From the NCBI GenBank assembly GCA_020137815.1, contig CM035352.1, positions 4,898,001 to 4,962,000 on the forward strand: a DNA stretch of 64,000 bases. The letters run 5' to 3'. Under the pieces are notes generated by a model. That model saw only the letters and a program-made list of their open reading frames with translations, did no database searches and was not told the origin of the DNA. Of this stretch, positions 50,857-63,100 are shown one piece after another. The stretch's first letter is position 1; each line of letters starts with the position of its first letter. Position numbers and translations under genes: made by a program. This stretch comes from Hormiphora californensis. Taxonomy: Eukaryota; Animalia; Ctenophora.

Positions 50857-53774
50857 TGAACAAGACGGGAGGAATTCTGACTCATCTAGAGGATAAGGAA
50901 TGTGACGTGTGCTTAGTACAGGAGACTTATCTAAAAGCTACGGATACAGCGAAGATCAGGGAAATACAGGATAATGGATGGCAGGTATTCTCTAGTCCGA
51001 GGAGTGAGAGGGCTGGTGGTGGTATTGGTGTTTTCTATAGGGACGGAGTAGTGGTCAAACGAGCACCTGTTAAAGACAAGTTCAAGACCTTTCAGGTCCA
51101 GGAAGTCCTTATTGGAGGAGATGATGATCTTGTGAGGCTCTGTAATATATACAGACCCCCCTACAATGGAAAGGCTCGGTATACAGAGGCAAATTTTCTG
51201 GAAGAGTTTAATGGATATATATCGAACCTTCTCATGAAAACAGGAAATCCGATGATCATGGGAGACTTCAATTTCCAGGTTCAAGACTCAAGCAACTATT
51301 ATGCGAGGAAGCTTCTTCACCTTTTGGACTCATTTGACTTTGTGCAGAATGTACCATCAGTTCCGACTCATGTGAGGGGAGGAACTCTGGATCTGATGAT
51401 CTGTCAGCGTGATTTTCTCACTAAACTGGAAAACGTGCAAGTCTTTCCGGATGGAACGTTGTCAGACCATTTCTTGGCTACAGTGGACCTAAAGCTCTCT
51501 ACCCCTGGAGATGATTATAGGACGTGGAGGAAGATGTACAGCTACAGAGATTTTAATTCGGTTGATCCAGAGGAATTCAGACGTGCTCTCCAGGAAGTTT
51601 GTCTTCGGGTTCCAGATGGGTGTACGGCAGAGGAGGCTTTGAGGATCTATGATAGTGCGTTAGAGGAGGTGGTGAGGAAACTGGTACCGATGAAGAGAAG
51701 GAAGGAAGTAAAGAGTGTTAAGTTGTGGAGGGAGAGACAAGATGTTCGGGAGGCACTAAGGGAGAGGAGGAGAGCAGAAAGGGCTTGGGAATCTAACAAG
51801 ACAGGACTCAACAAGATACAGTACAAGGAACTACAGAGGCGTTTTGAAAAGATTGATAAGCAGGCGAGGATGGAATTTTCCCGGAAGCAGCTTGAGGAGG
51901 TTAAAGATGATCCTGCAGCGCTGCAGAAGAGGCTAGGTCGTCTAATTGGAAAGTCTGAAACTGTTCTGCCAGGAGGAGTGTCAGACGGAAAGTTGGCAGG
52001 GGATTTTGCAGAGTTCTTCAGTGGGAAGATTGAGAAGATTCGGACAGCGGTTCGGGATGAGCAAGAGGAAGGTTCTGAGGAGCTCACTGTGGATTCTCTG
52101 CCTGCGCCTACCTGTACTCTAACCAAGTTTGAGGAAATCAGAGTTAATGAATTAGTTCGGGTTGTCAAGGAAATGTCATCGAAGTCTTGTGATCTGGACC
52201 CTATTCCGACCTGGTTGGTGAAAGACTGCCTTGAAGAACTAGCGCCGATCCTGACGAACATTATCAACAAATCCCTTCTACGATCTACTGTTCCAGATAT
52301 TATGCAGAAAGCATTGGTGATGCCAACGATAAAGAACCCCAATGGGGACACTGATTTATTTTCGAACTACAGGCCGGTTTCTAACATATCGTTTGTATCG
52401 AAGGTACTGGAGAAAGTTGTGCTCAATCAGTTAAACTCATACCTATGGAGGAACGACCTACTCAATGCAGACCAATCTGGGTATAGGGCGGGGCATAGTT
52501 GTGAAACACTGCTTGCTGGAATGTTTGATGACCTGTTGAAGGATTTGGATTCTGGCAAAGTATCGGCCCTTCTGCTGCTTGACATGAGTGCGGCTTTCGA
52601 TACTGTGGATCATTCGAAGCTGATTGGAATTTTGGAGGCAAGGTTTGGGGTAAGAGGATCTGCGCTTGAATGGTTTAGAAGCTACCTTAGCAAAAGGACT
52701 TTTAAAGTGAATGTTCGTGGGGAACTCTCGGCGGCGATTGCACTAATCTGTGGAGTCCCACAGGGGTCCCTTCTTGGACCTGTTTTATTCTTGCTGTACA
52801 TTGAGGAACTTCAGGATATTGTTCGTCCCTATGGCCTAAAGATCAAACTGTATGCAGATGACTCTCAGATATACTTTGGACTGGTTCCGAGTGATGCAGA
52901 GGGGTGGAGTTCCAGTAAAAAGACCCTAGAGGATTGTCTCAAGAATGTCAAAACATGGATGGTTAACCATGGACTTAAGTGTAATGAGGACAAGACGGAG
53001 TTTCTACTGTTGGGAAAGACAAGCTCCTTGGAAAAGATGGCATTTGATCCAGAGATCCAGTTTGGAGGTTCGGTGGTCAGGCCTATGGAATGTAAGGGGA
53101 CGACAGGAAAGACCCTTGGTGTTCTCATGGACCATCAGTTGACTCTTGAGAGACAGATATTCAATGTTAAGAAACAGTGTGGCCTTATGCTCAAGAACTT
53201 GTGGCAGGTCAACAAGTGTCTTGACAAAGATACCAAGATTATGTTGGTCAAGCAACTGGTCATTTCCCGGATTGATTACTGCAACATCCTTTACTATGGA
53301 CTACCTAAGAGGATATTGAGGTATCTTCAGAAGACCCTGAATTCTTGTGTGCGTTTCATTTTCAATCTAAAGGGACATCAGGATGACTACACAGAATACT
53401 ACAAGGAGGCACACATTCTACCTATTGAGCAGAGGCTGACTTTCAAGGCATGTCTTTTGGCGTACAAGATTGTACGATGCACTGCACCCAAGTATCTGAT
53501 GGACCTGGTCCCTCGTGATGACAATCCTGAACCTGTAAAACCTACCCGATCTACCTCAGTTCCAGATTTCTTCAGGTTGAAATATCCAAAGCTCTCAAGT
53601 GTAAATGCGAATTCTAAGTTAAGAAGGAGGAGGATCTCTGTATTCCTGCCGGAAGTGTGGAACTCCCTGCCATTGGAGTTAAGGTCTGTTCACCCTGTTG
53701 AACTCTTCAAGACAAGGCTTAAGACCCGGCTATTTAAGGAAGCTTTCGTTGATCCAGAGAGCAGTAGCACCTGA
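50766..53774 (+). CDS. LINE ORF2: APE endonuclease + reverse transcriptase (frame opens at 50766; first ATG at 50856)
   Basis: IGTLNVHSI, VQETYL, IYRPP, MGDFNF, SDHF; RT motifs NYRPVSN, LLDMSAAFDTVDH, GVPQGSLLGP, YADD; L2-type HILPIEQRLTFK. Confidence 0.95.
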   Translation, partial: GDKKCLPDEGNGRAEDKTTWRIGTLNVHSIMNKTGGILTHLEDKECDVCLVQETYLKATDTAKIREIQDNGWQVFSSPRSERAGGGIGVFYRDGVVVKRAPVKDKFKTFQVQEVLIGGDDDLVRLCNIYRPPYNGKARYTEANFLEEFNGYISNLLMKTGNPMIMGDFNFQVQDSSNYYARKLLHLLDSFDFVQNVPSVPTHVRGGTLDLMICQRDFLTKLENVQVFPDGTLSDHFLATVDLKLSTPGDDYRTWRKMYSYRDFNSVDPEEFRRALQEVCLRVPDGCTAEEALRIYDSALEEVVRKLVPMKRRKEVKSVKLWRERQDVREALRERRRAERAWESNKTGLNKIQYKELQRRFEKIDKQARMEFSRKQLEEVKDDPAALQKRLGRLIGKSETVLPGGVSDGKLAGDFAEFFSGKIEKIRTAVRDEQEEGSEELTVDSLPAPTCTLTKFEEIRVNELVRVVKEMSSKSCDLDPIPTWLVKDCLEELAPILTNIINKSLLRSTVPDIMQKALVMPTIKNPNGDTDLFSNYRPVSNISFVSKVLEKVVLNQLNSYLWRNDLLNADQSGYRAGHSCETLLAGMFDDLLKDLDSGKVSALLLLDMSAAFDTVDHSKLIGILEARFGVRGSALEWFRSYLSKRTFKVNVRGELSAAIALICGVPQGSLLGPVLFLLYIEELQDIVRPYGLKIKLYADDSQIYFGLVPSDAEGWSSSKKTLEDCLKNVKTWMVNHGLKCNEDKTEFLLLGKTSSLEKMAFDPEIQFGGSVVRPMECKGTTGKTLGVLMDHQLTLERQIFNVKKQCGLMLKNLWQVNKCLDKDTKIMLVKQLVISRIDYCNILYYGLPKRILRYLQKTLNSCVRFIFNLKGHQDDYTEYYKEAHILPIEQRLTFKACLLAYKIVRCTAPKYLMDLVPRDDNPEPVKPTRSTSVPDFFRLKYPKLSSVNANSKLRRRRISVFLPEVWNSLPLELRSVHPVELFKTRLKTRLFKEAFVDPESSST

Positions 53775-55303
53775 GTCATCTCGTCTTTGGGTCACTGGTT
53801 CTGTTCTGGTCTGGGTTTAGTGTTCCCCTTAGGCAGACGTTTATTTAGACAGTGTTATTCCTCATTGCATTTACCGGGCTTGCAGTAATAGCTGCTGACT
53901 TTTTAATAGCTTTGAGAGCTGCTGTCTTTGAGTAGCATGAGAGCTGCTGACTTTGTAATTTAGCTTATTCAGTGTGAGAGCATTTTTATGCCTATCTAAG
54001 TTGGTTCGTATTTTATGAGGCCCGTATTTTCATCAATAAAAGTCTATCTATGGTGTGTTTAAATCCAGATTTTAATAGTGTGTGTCATAAGTAAGGAAGG
54101 TGTTATAATTTAGGTATACCGCTCTGACGCTGAGCAGTGTCAGTCAAAATTCAGTTTGCTGGCCCTGTTTTGCCTGGGCGGTATACAAAAACTTATATTA
54201 TTATTATTATTATTATTATTGTGTGCTGCACAATTGACAAAATTGAGCGCTGCGGCGAAAAAAGTTTCCGAAAACGCTGCAAATCGAGTGCGAAAGACGC
54301 AGTCGTTACACCCAGAGCGGCGCGGGCGCTCTGGGTGTAACGACTGAGTAAAGACTGTGTAAACTCTGTGTAAATACTGAACTTTTTTAGGGATCCCTAT
54401 CTCTCATCTCTGCTAAAAAGCATTGGTCACTGCTGACTGCTCTATCCTGTACTGCCTGTAACATACTCCAAAAATTTCTGATTTCATGAGGAACCTTGGT
54501 GTGACTTGTTTTAACCAATCACAGCTCTGGTCTCAGAACATCTCCAGCGTGCACTCGTCAGTCGTCACTCATGACCCACACACCATAGCCCATAAGAGGT
54601 ATTCTGCGCTGTGATTGATCAAAACAGATCACGTGCTGTAGACCTGAAAACTGCCTAGGTTTCTCATATGCCGAAACCTGTGCAGTGTGCACTGTGCAGA
54701 ACTCAGTGTGATCATTTGTTCACTGCTCAATTCAAAGGGTAATTCAGCTAAATTGACTCCATTTATACAATTGTTTTAGATTAAATTTCCACCATTTGAT
54801 GCTAATTATCGAATTTTTATACAAAATGTGGTTTCAATGTGAGAAGAAACACACTTAACACCAAGTTTTCTAGTTAAATCTATCTACTTTATTGTATTAA
54901 TCATAATGTTATTTCTACCACTCTGTACATGCTTCATGCTGCAGCTCAGCTTGTTACGAGACATAAAACAACACATGATTATTGACCGCTTTGTTTTTCT
55001 CAGCCTAAAACTCCCATGACTTCTCTTCCTAATAGCATATAACAGTGCGGAGAGAGAGGGTCAAATAAGGCAAACATTCATCATCTTTGCATGTTGTTTT
55101 TGAATGGGTCTGAAACCCCAGAAGCTACATTGTCTCTCTGTGTCATGTCTAATATTCTGGGCTTCTCTCCCTCTCTCTATACTACTATTTCTGCTGATCT
55201 TGCACAGTCGCCATCACGTCTCTCTCTCTCTATTATACTCTGTAACAAGATGAACGTCATCAGTTCAGCAGCTCAGCTGAGTTGCCATGTGCTGTGGACC
55301 CAC

Positions 55304-55447
55304 TGACTCCCTGAGTTACCACATGTGCTATCATGCCCCCTTTGACTCCCTGAGTTACCATGTGCTATCATGCCCCCCCCCCTTTTGACTCCCTGAGTTG
55401 CCCTGTGCTATCATGCCCCCATTTGACTCCCTGAGTTGCCCTGTGCT
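55304..55447. repeat. About 39-bp tandem repeat x4
   Basis: TGACTCCCTGAGTT(A/G)CC..TGTGCTATCATGCCCCC units. Confidence 0.85.
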
Positions 55448-55853
55448 TTGGTCCATTGTGTTGGTGTTTATTGCTCTTTATTTTCACACACCTCAGTGCT
55501 AGAGGGGGAATAAGGTCCAGGCTCTAACGACATCGTTTAACTAACAATTTTCACTAGAGTCCACGTAGTCATGTAAATATGTGACAGAGAAAGAAAGTAC
55601 CTTTAATTTTGTACTGCATATTATGCCATGATGCAATTTTCGAACATTCCGTAGGCCGTTATAGCTGCTAAATCTTCTTAAAATCTATGGCTATCTTCTC
55701 GTTTTGTTAGTCTACTCATTACATTGTTTGTTTGCAAACTAGAATTAGGAAGCCCTTTTCCATTACTGCATTAATTCAACGCCTGTAAGTTAGTGTCAGT
55801 TTTATTTACCGTCTACAGCTGTAACAAACTGCTGTTACAGAGAGAGATGTAAA

Positions 55854-58039
55854 ATGACTACTACTGCAGTGTTGAGTGTTACTTTCCTTTTCGCCCTAAC
55901 CGGTAAGGCTTCTTTCTCTACCTCCAAATAACAGAGTGACAGAAACCTTTTTGACAACAGTAATACTTTTTGACACTAATCCCTTTACAGGTGTTTCAGT
56001 AAATTCAGAGAAAGCTCCCCTATCTTCCAGAAGAATACGTAAGTCTCTACAGAGCCTTCGTTTAGTAGGAAATATCGAGGTGCTAAGATTTGTCAGGTTT
56101 CACGATCGTTAATCTCTCTTTCACAAACGACCCTCCTGAATTTCTAGGAGCTAAGGTCACAGTTCTAAATTCATGTCGGAAAAACTATAGATTGATAATA
56201 TTCTAGTTCTCCCTCTCCCAGGTGCGGCTGAGTCCAGGCCCAAACCGGAACCCATTCATGGGGGCTTCGGGGAATGGATCCTTTATACCCACTGTGACAC
56301 AAACAGTTGCACAGAAATGTTTACAAGACATTGTACAAACCCTCGGCCTATGAACGGGGGTGATACATGTGTGGGGGATTCCTTCCGGAAAGAGCGGTGT
56401 CGAGATGATTCGCTTTGTAAGTGCATACCTTTTAAAAAGCTTTTAACACTATTATAAGTGCTCTTTTGTTACAATGCCCTTATGTGTTTGTAAATCGTGA
56501 GAAACTGAGAAAGTTCGGTTTTTGCTTGCGATGTAAAAATCACAGTCTCACTCTTATTACGTAGCCCCATCCACCTCTCTCGCTTATCATGTAAGCATTG
56601 TTATTCTGGAATTCTTGTCGACCCTCTTTTCCCTCCAGTCTCCCTGATTCTCACTCTCTTCATGAAATATTGTGGTGTTAGTTTTACTAAACATTTTATT
56701 GTCTATTATTGAGACCGCCGCACAAAGGAATTTTGCCCCAAAAATTAATAAATCAGTGCACCCAGGGCTAAGTATCCTTTTCGGCCCTCCAATAGTCATC
56801 TTATCGAGGCCCAGTCTACCGGTTCCAACATTCTTCCTCCCTGATCCCCCTCTTCTCCAAAACAGATTAAGGGTTTACGTTTGGCTCCAGGAGTCTAAGC
56901 TGCAGTAAAAAGGTTGACAAGTTCAGTTCAATTTCCACTCACCAGGCTTCCTTCTCTTTCCATCATCACGCACATCTTTCATCAGCTGAGCATGAGCGTG
57001 CCGCAAACATTCTCTCTTTTTCTTTAGCCAAAATCAGTCTTTACAAGCTATTCTCAGTGCCATCATTCCTTTCTCTCCACTTCAATTTATCTTCCTCTTC
57101 TAGTCCCTGTTACAACCTGGCTTGTTAGGCTAGTAACCTGTCATCAGGGGGGGGGGGTCAAGGAACCCGGGTCTTGACGCCACAAAGATGTCCTTAAATG
57201 TTTTTCCCAAACGTTCAGAACCTTGTCCTTCCTATCTCCAGCTCCTGCTGCGAGTGTCCCCTAAACCTTACTCACTTACTGTCTTCTTTTGACAGGTGCA
57301 ACGACAGAGGAAGTGACAGATAAAGAAGAAGGTGAGAGCTTTATTTGTTTGTGTGTCAACAACAAGGCGTCACCGAATTCATTTTACAAATTCATTACGA
57401 AGGAGAGGGAGGGAGAGAGAGAGGGAGAGTTACAGGGAGAAACAAAAGGGTTTTAAGATAAGAATTTGACACGCCTGACCTGTTGTCAAATAAATGAAAT
57501 TCCGGTAAACGGGGGTGGAGAATTTGATTCGGTCTACCATTTAACATGTCAGGGAGAAATTAAGCTAGGGAAAAAGAGGATTTCGGGATTAGGTGGTAAA
57601 ATCAACATACACAGCATGTGCAAATAAAGAAATTCCGGTAAACAGGAGGGGTTGGATTAGCAATGAATCGTGAATGTGGACAATTGTCTCTACCCTTTCA
57701 ACAGTCCAGGCTAGAAATTCACAGCTCAGGCTGAGATACAGACATTTCGATTGTTTAACGTAGCAAACTTACTTGTGTCCCTAAGATTACAATCAACTGA
57801 ATACAACCCTTAGATGAATCTTGTTGTGGCGCTTTCCATCCTTTTCAACTTGACACGTCAACCTTAATCTTTGTCTCCGTCTCAGGTCTAATTATCGTAT
57901 CTCCTCTCTCTTCTCGGTCTCTTCTCTCTTCGCTCTCCTGATTACTCACGTGAAACTACTCTCCGGTCGTACTCGTTCTTCTGGCCTTTTCATCGCCGTC
58001 TCTGATCTCTCTCTCTCTCTCTCTCTCTCTCTCCTTCTC

Positions 58040-58079
<40 letters not shown>

Positions 58080-59498
58080 AGTGCTCTCTCTCTGCTCTCT
58101 CCCACTCTCTTCTCTCTCTCTCTCTCTCCTCTCTCCTCTCTTCTCCCCGCATTCCGTCGCCCCCTCCCCTCCCTCGACCTTCGCTTCGCCCCTCTCTCTC
58201 TCACTGTTTCTATCTCTCTCTTCTCTCTCTCTCTCTCTCTCTCTTTTTTATTTATCTCCCTTCATCTCCCTTCATTCTCACATTTTCCGTCACCGTGACG
58301 GACAAGCTACCTGACCCTCTGTCTCCGACCCGCTCCGTCTAGATCTAGGTCTAACTTAGTTACAAACGGTCTCAGTCGCAGGGGAGGGGGGAGACGTTAG
58401 ATTTTCACCCGAGATTCATTCATAATATATGCGTAACTTACTTCACATAATATTCCGCCGGTATGTATGCTGTCTGATTGGCTGATAACCAGTCACGTGA
58501 CCTAAATAACGAGTTCTGATTGGTCGTTTACTTGTTTCCGCTGGTAATATAAGATCATGTCTGTATGCTGTCGGGATAATCATGTTGGGCGTAATTTGTT
58601 GTTAGGCCCCCTCGTGCGTGTGCCACTACAGTACAGTAATCTTTAGTAGCTATCTAGGGAGTTTTAAAAGGATAGCATAGGCGGTAGTTGATGGGAAATT
58701 AAACAGTACTGACATTAAATGTTTTGTTAGTTCATGACGTAATATATATCCAATGGGATCATTAATTGTGTATGCTGAACAAGATTAATTGCGTTATGTT
58801 CTAACATAATGCTGAATTTCCCTGCCATGTGAATCTATGAAGAAAGGAAATCATGACCAGATCCGCTGTAGCAGCAAGCGGGACACAAAATCCCGATCAT
58901 TTATATATCACACAAACAGTATAGAGCAAATCCTTGTGTTTTAGTAGCACTAAATTGCGCGCCACGCCGCCACATTGCGTGCCACACATTTCCTGAAAAC
59001 GTGCCAATGAAGTGGTTTATGAAGGAGCAGCTCGTAACTGTGTGTGCGGCTCTTGTTGCTACACCGTTGCCCCTCGCAACTAAAGTGTGACCAAAAAGGT
59101 CCCTCTACCGATTAGTTAGTATACCAAAATGTCGTTTTCGAATTCTAACCCTGCTATGCCTTTTTACAAAGCAAAAAGGCATCCGGGTGAATGCCTTTGG
59201 CATTCACCCGGGCAGGGAAAAAATTGAACATAGAAGCTGGTTATAAATCTTTGGGTTATGATGTTCTCTATCAGATTTGATTAGAGGATAAAGGACAATG
59301 GTCGTGTCCATTGGACCATGACTTGGTCTGATGGTTTGTGACCAACAGACCACTTGAGTGTGTGACTGTGTGGGTGGGAAGAGGGAGAACGGATGGCTCA
59401 TACCCTCGCATATAATGCGTGATTGAGTACAATATGCTGAGATTGGATTAATATGGAAGGGATTTAGGTTTGTTGCATAGACGAATCCTTCTTCTTTT

Positions 59499-59562
<64 letters not shown>

Positions 59563-62500
59563 TCCCCCTTACTAATGACACTGCCATCTGATGATCCTCC
59601 TATAGCTGAGCTCTCAGAGTAAAGAATGAATTAGACCTTTATGCATGAAAATGGAGGGTAAATCTGTCATTTTTGATGGACCTCTCATTGCTGCAAAGAA
59701 TCTGACAGAGAGAAAGAGAGGGAGAGAGAAGGGAGAGAAAAAGTAACTATGCATAAACTTAGTATGATATGTGAAGAATCAAGAATGAGAAATTAATAAT
59801 ATATCATGGGAACAGACGGGGCTTGACAACATTGGTAATTTTCCAATGTTAGACCATTCGCAAGTCCTCTTATTATTTCTCATTCTCTCTGTTGAGAATT
59901 CAGTCCAAACTCAGAATTCGACAAACAGGTGCCAGAGTATCAATGGAATTTAAAATGTGTATGTGTGTTTGATTTATTATGAATAAATCATGCAATAGTT
60001 TAAGTTTCGACAATGTTGGTATCACTGCTTACAGCGCAAACATTGTGAATTGGGACAACAGATATTATCCTAGACACAATAATATTGTGTCTAAATCAAC
60101 TGTCTAGTTCCAAGTTCTTCATAAGCGATCACGTTTTCATGACAAATCCATATTTGCAATCTTTCCATCCCCCTCTCTGCCTCCCTCCATCCCTCCCTCT
60201 CCCTCCTCTCTCTCTCATCTCCCTCTCTATCTCTCTTCCCCTCACTCTAGCTATCCTTATTTCTCTCTCCATTCTTCATCACCTTCATATTCGGTTACCG
60301 ATAATGGGAATATATGTTTTTGCACTTGCAGTTTATGTATCAGTGCCTTCTGGAATCCTAAAACCTCTCCCACTCTAGCGAGTCGATCTTAGAGAAGAGG
60401 AGCGAGATAGCGCTGCGATAATCATGAGGATGGGAGATAGACAGCAGATCGAAGTTATGATCGTCTCGAGCTCCTCTCGATCTCGTCTCCCCATGCTATC
60501 TTCTCCACTATCTCGAGCGCTCTCTCTCTCTCTCTCGACGCTCTCTCGAGCTCTCTATCTCTATCGACTCTCTCTCTCGCGCTACTCGCGCAGCTCTCTC
60601 TCTCTCTCTCTCTCTTCTTTATCTATCTCTCTTTCTGCAGGAACCAAAAGAACGTGGAGCAAGTGGGGAGCATGTTCGGTATCTTGTGGAGCTGGAGTGA
60701 TGGTCAGAACACTGTAAGTTACATGGCACTAAATAGTGTGTAGGGTTTACTGGGTAGCAGTAGGGGTTTTCAGGGGGATTAAAAGAAAAGGTGAGAAATT
60801 TGGTGAGAAATTTGGTCTTACCCCTGTATATTAGAGAGCCACTCAAACTATAATATATTCGCTCAGATACGCCATATAATTCTGCCTATAAACAGTGCTT
60901 CATGGCACACTGCACTTGTGTATCACTGTATCTACTATAGAATCTAAATACTATCTAGACTCTATACTTGACAGAGAGAGGTAGCACCTCTTGATGGAAT
61001 GTGGCGAAATATTCTGGCTTTTTGCCATTATATGGCTAAATAGATGGCTAAAGATATGTATTATATGGCTATAACGTTGATGGTAAAATAACTTGACTAT
61101 AAAGGCGACTGGTAGTCTTGAACGCTGTAGATCAGTTTTCGACTTTCTTCAAGGATCTAATTCCTCATTCCCACTCTATCTTCTCAAGTTTATATGTTGC
61201 AGCTATGTTCATTGTGTGAGCCACACAGTATATCATCCCTTCCAGACAGACATGCACCAGACAGCGAGACACGATGGACGGTGGACACTGGACAGTGAGA
61301 GATATAGACCTTCAAACAACCAAGCCGCAGACATCCTTTGAAGAGCGTCGAATATAATGATACTCATTCTCTCTTTCAGTCCTTCTATCTTTCTCTATCC
61401 CTTCTCTCTCTCATAATGAGATCTACTAACAAACCTTAATTGACTGAATCACCTTAAATCTTTATTGAATAAAATTGCATACAGAGAGACCTAATAGACC
61501 ATCTGTCCTCTGGGTCAGAGTTGTTAGGGAAGTGCCAATGAGAGATCCTCTAGTGCTAGAGTAGCTACTTAACTCTCATAACCTACTTAACTCTCATAAC
61601 CTGAAGAGGGGCTATAACGCAGGACTCCAGAACAGCCCATCTGTACTGCAACAATCCATCTGTAACAATTGCACTTCTTCAACTTATCTCCCTTTTTCAA
61701 TTATCTACGTCTCAGATAAAGTTCATTAATTCCTCTCCTCTCCCCATTTTCACTCTCCCCATGCCCTGTAGCTACTCAGCAGCTAGTCGTTAGTATCGGG
61801 GGCAAGGTAGTCTTATCGCATTTTCCATCCGGCCATGCCGAACTGAATTCTGTAATTACTCCAGTCGGCACTGTGGCTCCATAGGTACTTACATAGTGTC
61901 TCTGCTCTGTCTCCTTCTCCTTTCTAATATAACAAGATTCAATGAACTTGAGAGTGAGATCTCTCATGAGAATGGCATGGTGTAGAGTGAACTGGAGAAG
62001 CTCTGTATGACTTATCACTTAGGCCGGGTCCAGACGAGTGGTAGGTAGCTACTATAGTAGGCTACTATAGTAGGCTACCATAGTAGCTGGGAACTGACCA
62101 GACGAGTGGTAGCAAAGCTACTATGGTAGGCTAGCTACCACTCGTCTGGCCACCCTCTGACACATCTACCATGATACTTCTGTAATCATCGGGGGTATCA
62201 AGTTTCGTATGCCCCACAGTAAGATGTGACAACAAGTTGCGATGATAGGTGGTCAGAGGGTGGCCAGACGAGTGACCACCTACCATAGTAGCCTACTATA
62301 GTAAGCTACTATGGTAGGCGGTTATACCTCGACCTATAACCGCCTACTATAGTAGCTTATGGTAGATATAGGTGTACAGACGAGTGGTAGCTGTGGTAGA
62401 TATCTACTATAGTAGCCTACTATAGTAGCTACCTACCACTCGTCTGGACCCGGCCTAAGAATCCTGGTACTTTATGTACTAAAGTTCTGTGGTATGGTAT

Positions 62501-63100
62501 TCCAGCAGTTGACTATCTACATCTGTGGACTTATAGGCGCATGTGACAAAACGTGACACTGTCAACTACAGTTTGATCTGGCGAGTGACAGCACATGTGA
62601 CAGTGGATAGACAGCTCGACACTAGACAACAAATGTAGACATCATCTTAATCGCGATATAATACGGCTTGATTGGTGCCTGGTGGTAAAGCTAACACTGT
62701 ATAGGGGTTCATCTCTCTTTCTCTATTCTCTCTTTCCCTCTCTCTCTATCTCTTTTTCTCTCCCTATCTCTCTTTCTCTCTCTGTATTTCTCTCTATCAC
62801 TCTATCTCTCTCAAGCCACACATAACTTGTGTAGTTTTAGGCTGTCAATACAGCTGAAGGGCAAGCTTTGGGCTATGAATCACAATTTGGCTAGCAGAAT
62901 GGTAACCACAGTAACCCATTGGTAAATATGGTACGATATAGGGAACCATGGTAACATAATGATAACCTCTATCTCCACTGCAGGTTACCCTGTCACAAGG
63001 AGGAGAAGTCCAAGTGTAAGCAACAGCAGTCAATATGTTATCGCCCACCCTGTACGGGTACTGAGGAGTCCCCGGAGAAGGAGGACGAGGAACATGATGG
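55854..63100 (+). CDS. Secreted thrombospondin type-1 repeat protein, 3'-partial (exons 55854-55902, 55991-56038, 56222-56416, 57296-57331, 60641-60713, 62984-63100)
   Basis: Signal peptide MTTTAVLSVTFLFALTG; TSP1-1 IHGGFGEW...TRHCTNPRPMNGGDTCVG; TSP1-2 WSKWGACSVSCGAGVMVRT|LLPC...CYRPPC; phase-compatible junctions. Confidence 0.8.
62022..62455. mobile_element. PIF/Harbinger-like MITE with CTACTATAGTAG subrepeats
   Basis: TTA|GGCCGGGTCCAGACGAGTGGTAGGTAG ... CTACCTACCACTCGTCTGGACCCGGCC|TAA. Confidence 0.7.

Larger units (their letters stand above)
49330..54220 (+). mobile_element. Full-length L2-clade (CR1 group) non-LTR retrotransposon
   Basis: Intact ORF1 and ORF2, 3' stem-loop at 54114-54186, (TAT)n tail, TSD-like GCGTGCTGCGCA (49318-29) / GTGTGCTGCACA (54221-32). 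Confidence 0.92.
49243..54399. mobile_element. Palindromic MITE (TAGGGATCCC termini, hAT-like) interrupted by the LINE
   Basis: 49243-49314 is the reverse complement of 54328-54399; no outer TSD seen. Confidence 0.75.

Noticed and set aside
51647-52351. 234-aa antisense ORF in the LINE, and similar antisense ORFs over CCDC181 and NUP54
   Set aside because: Shadow ORFs of strongly coding sense frames, with no motifs.
56590-57240. Possible decayed coding sequence on the minus strand in the TSP1 gene intron
   Set aside because: Fragmented frames with no recognisable motif.
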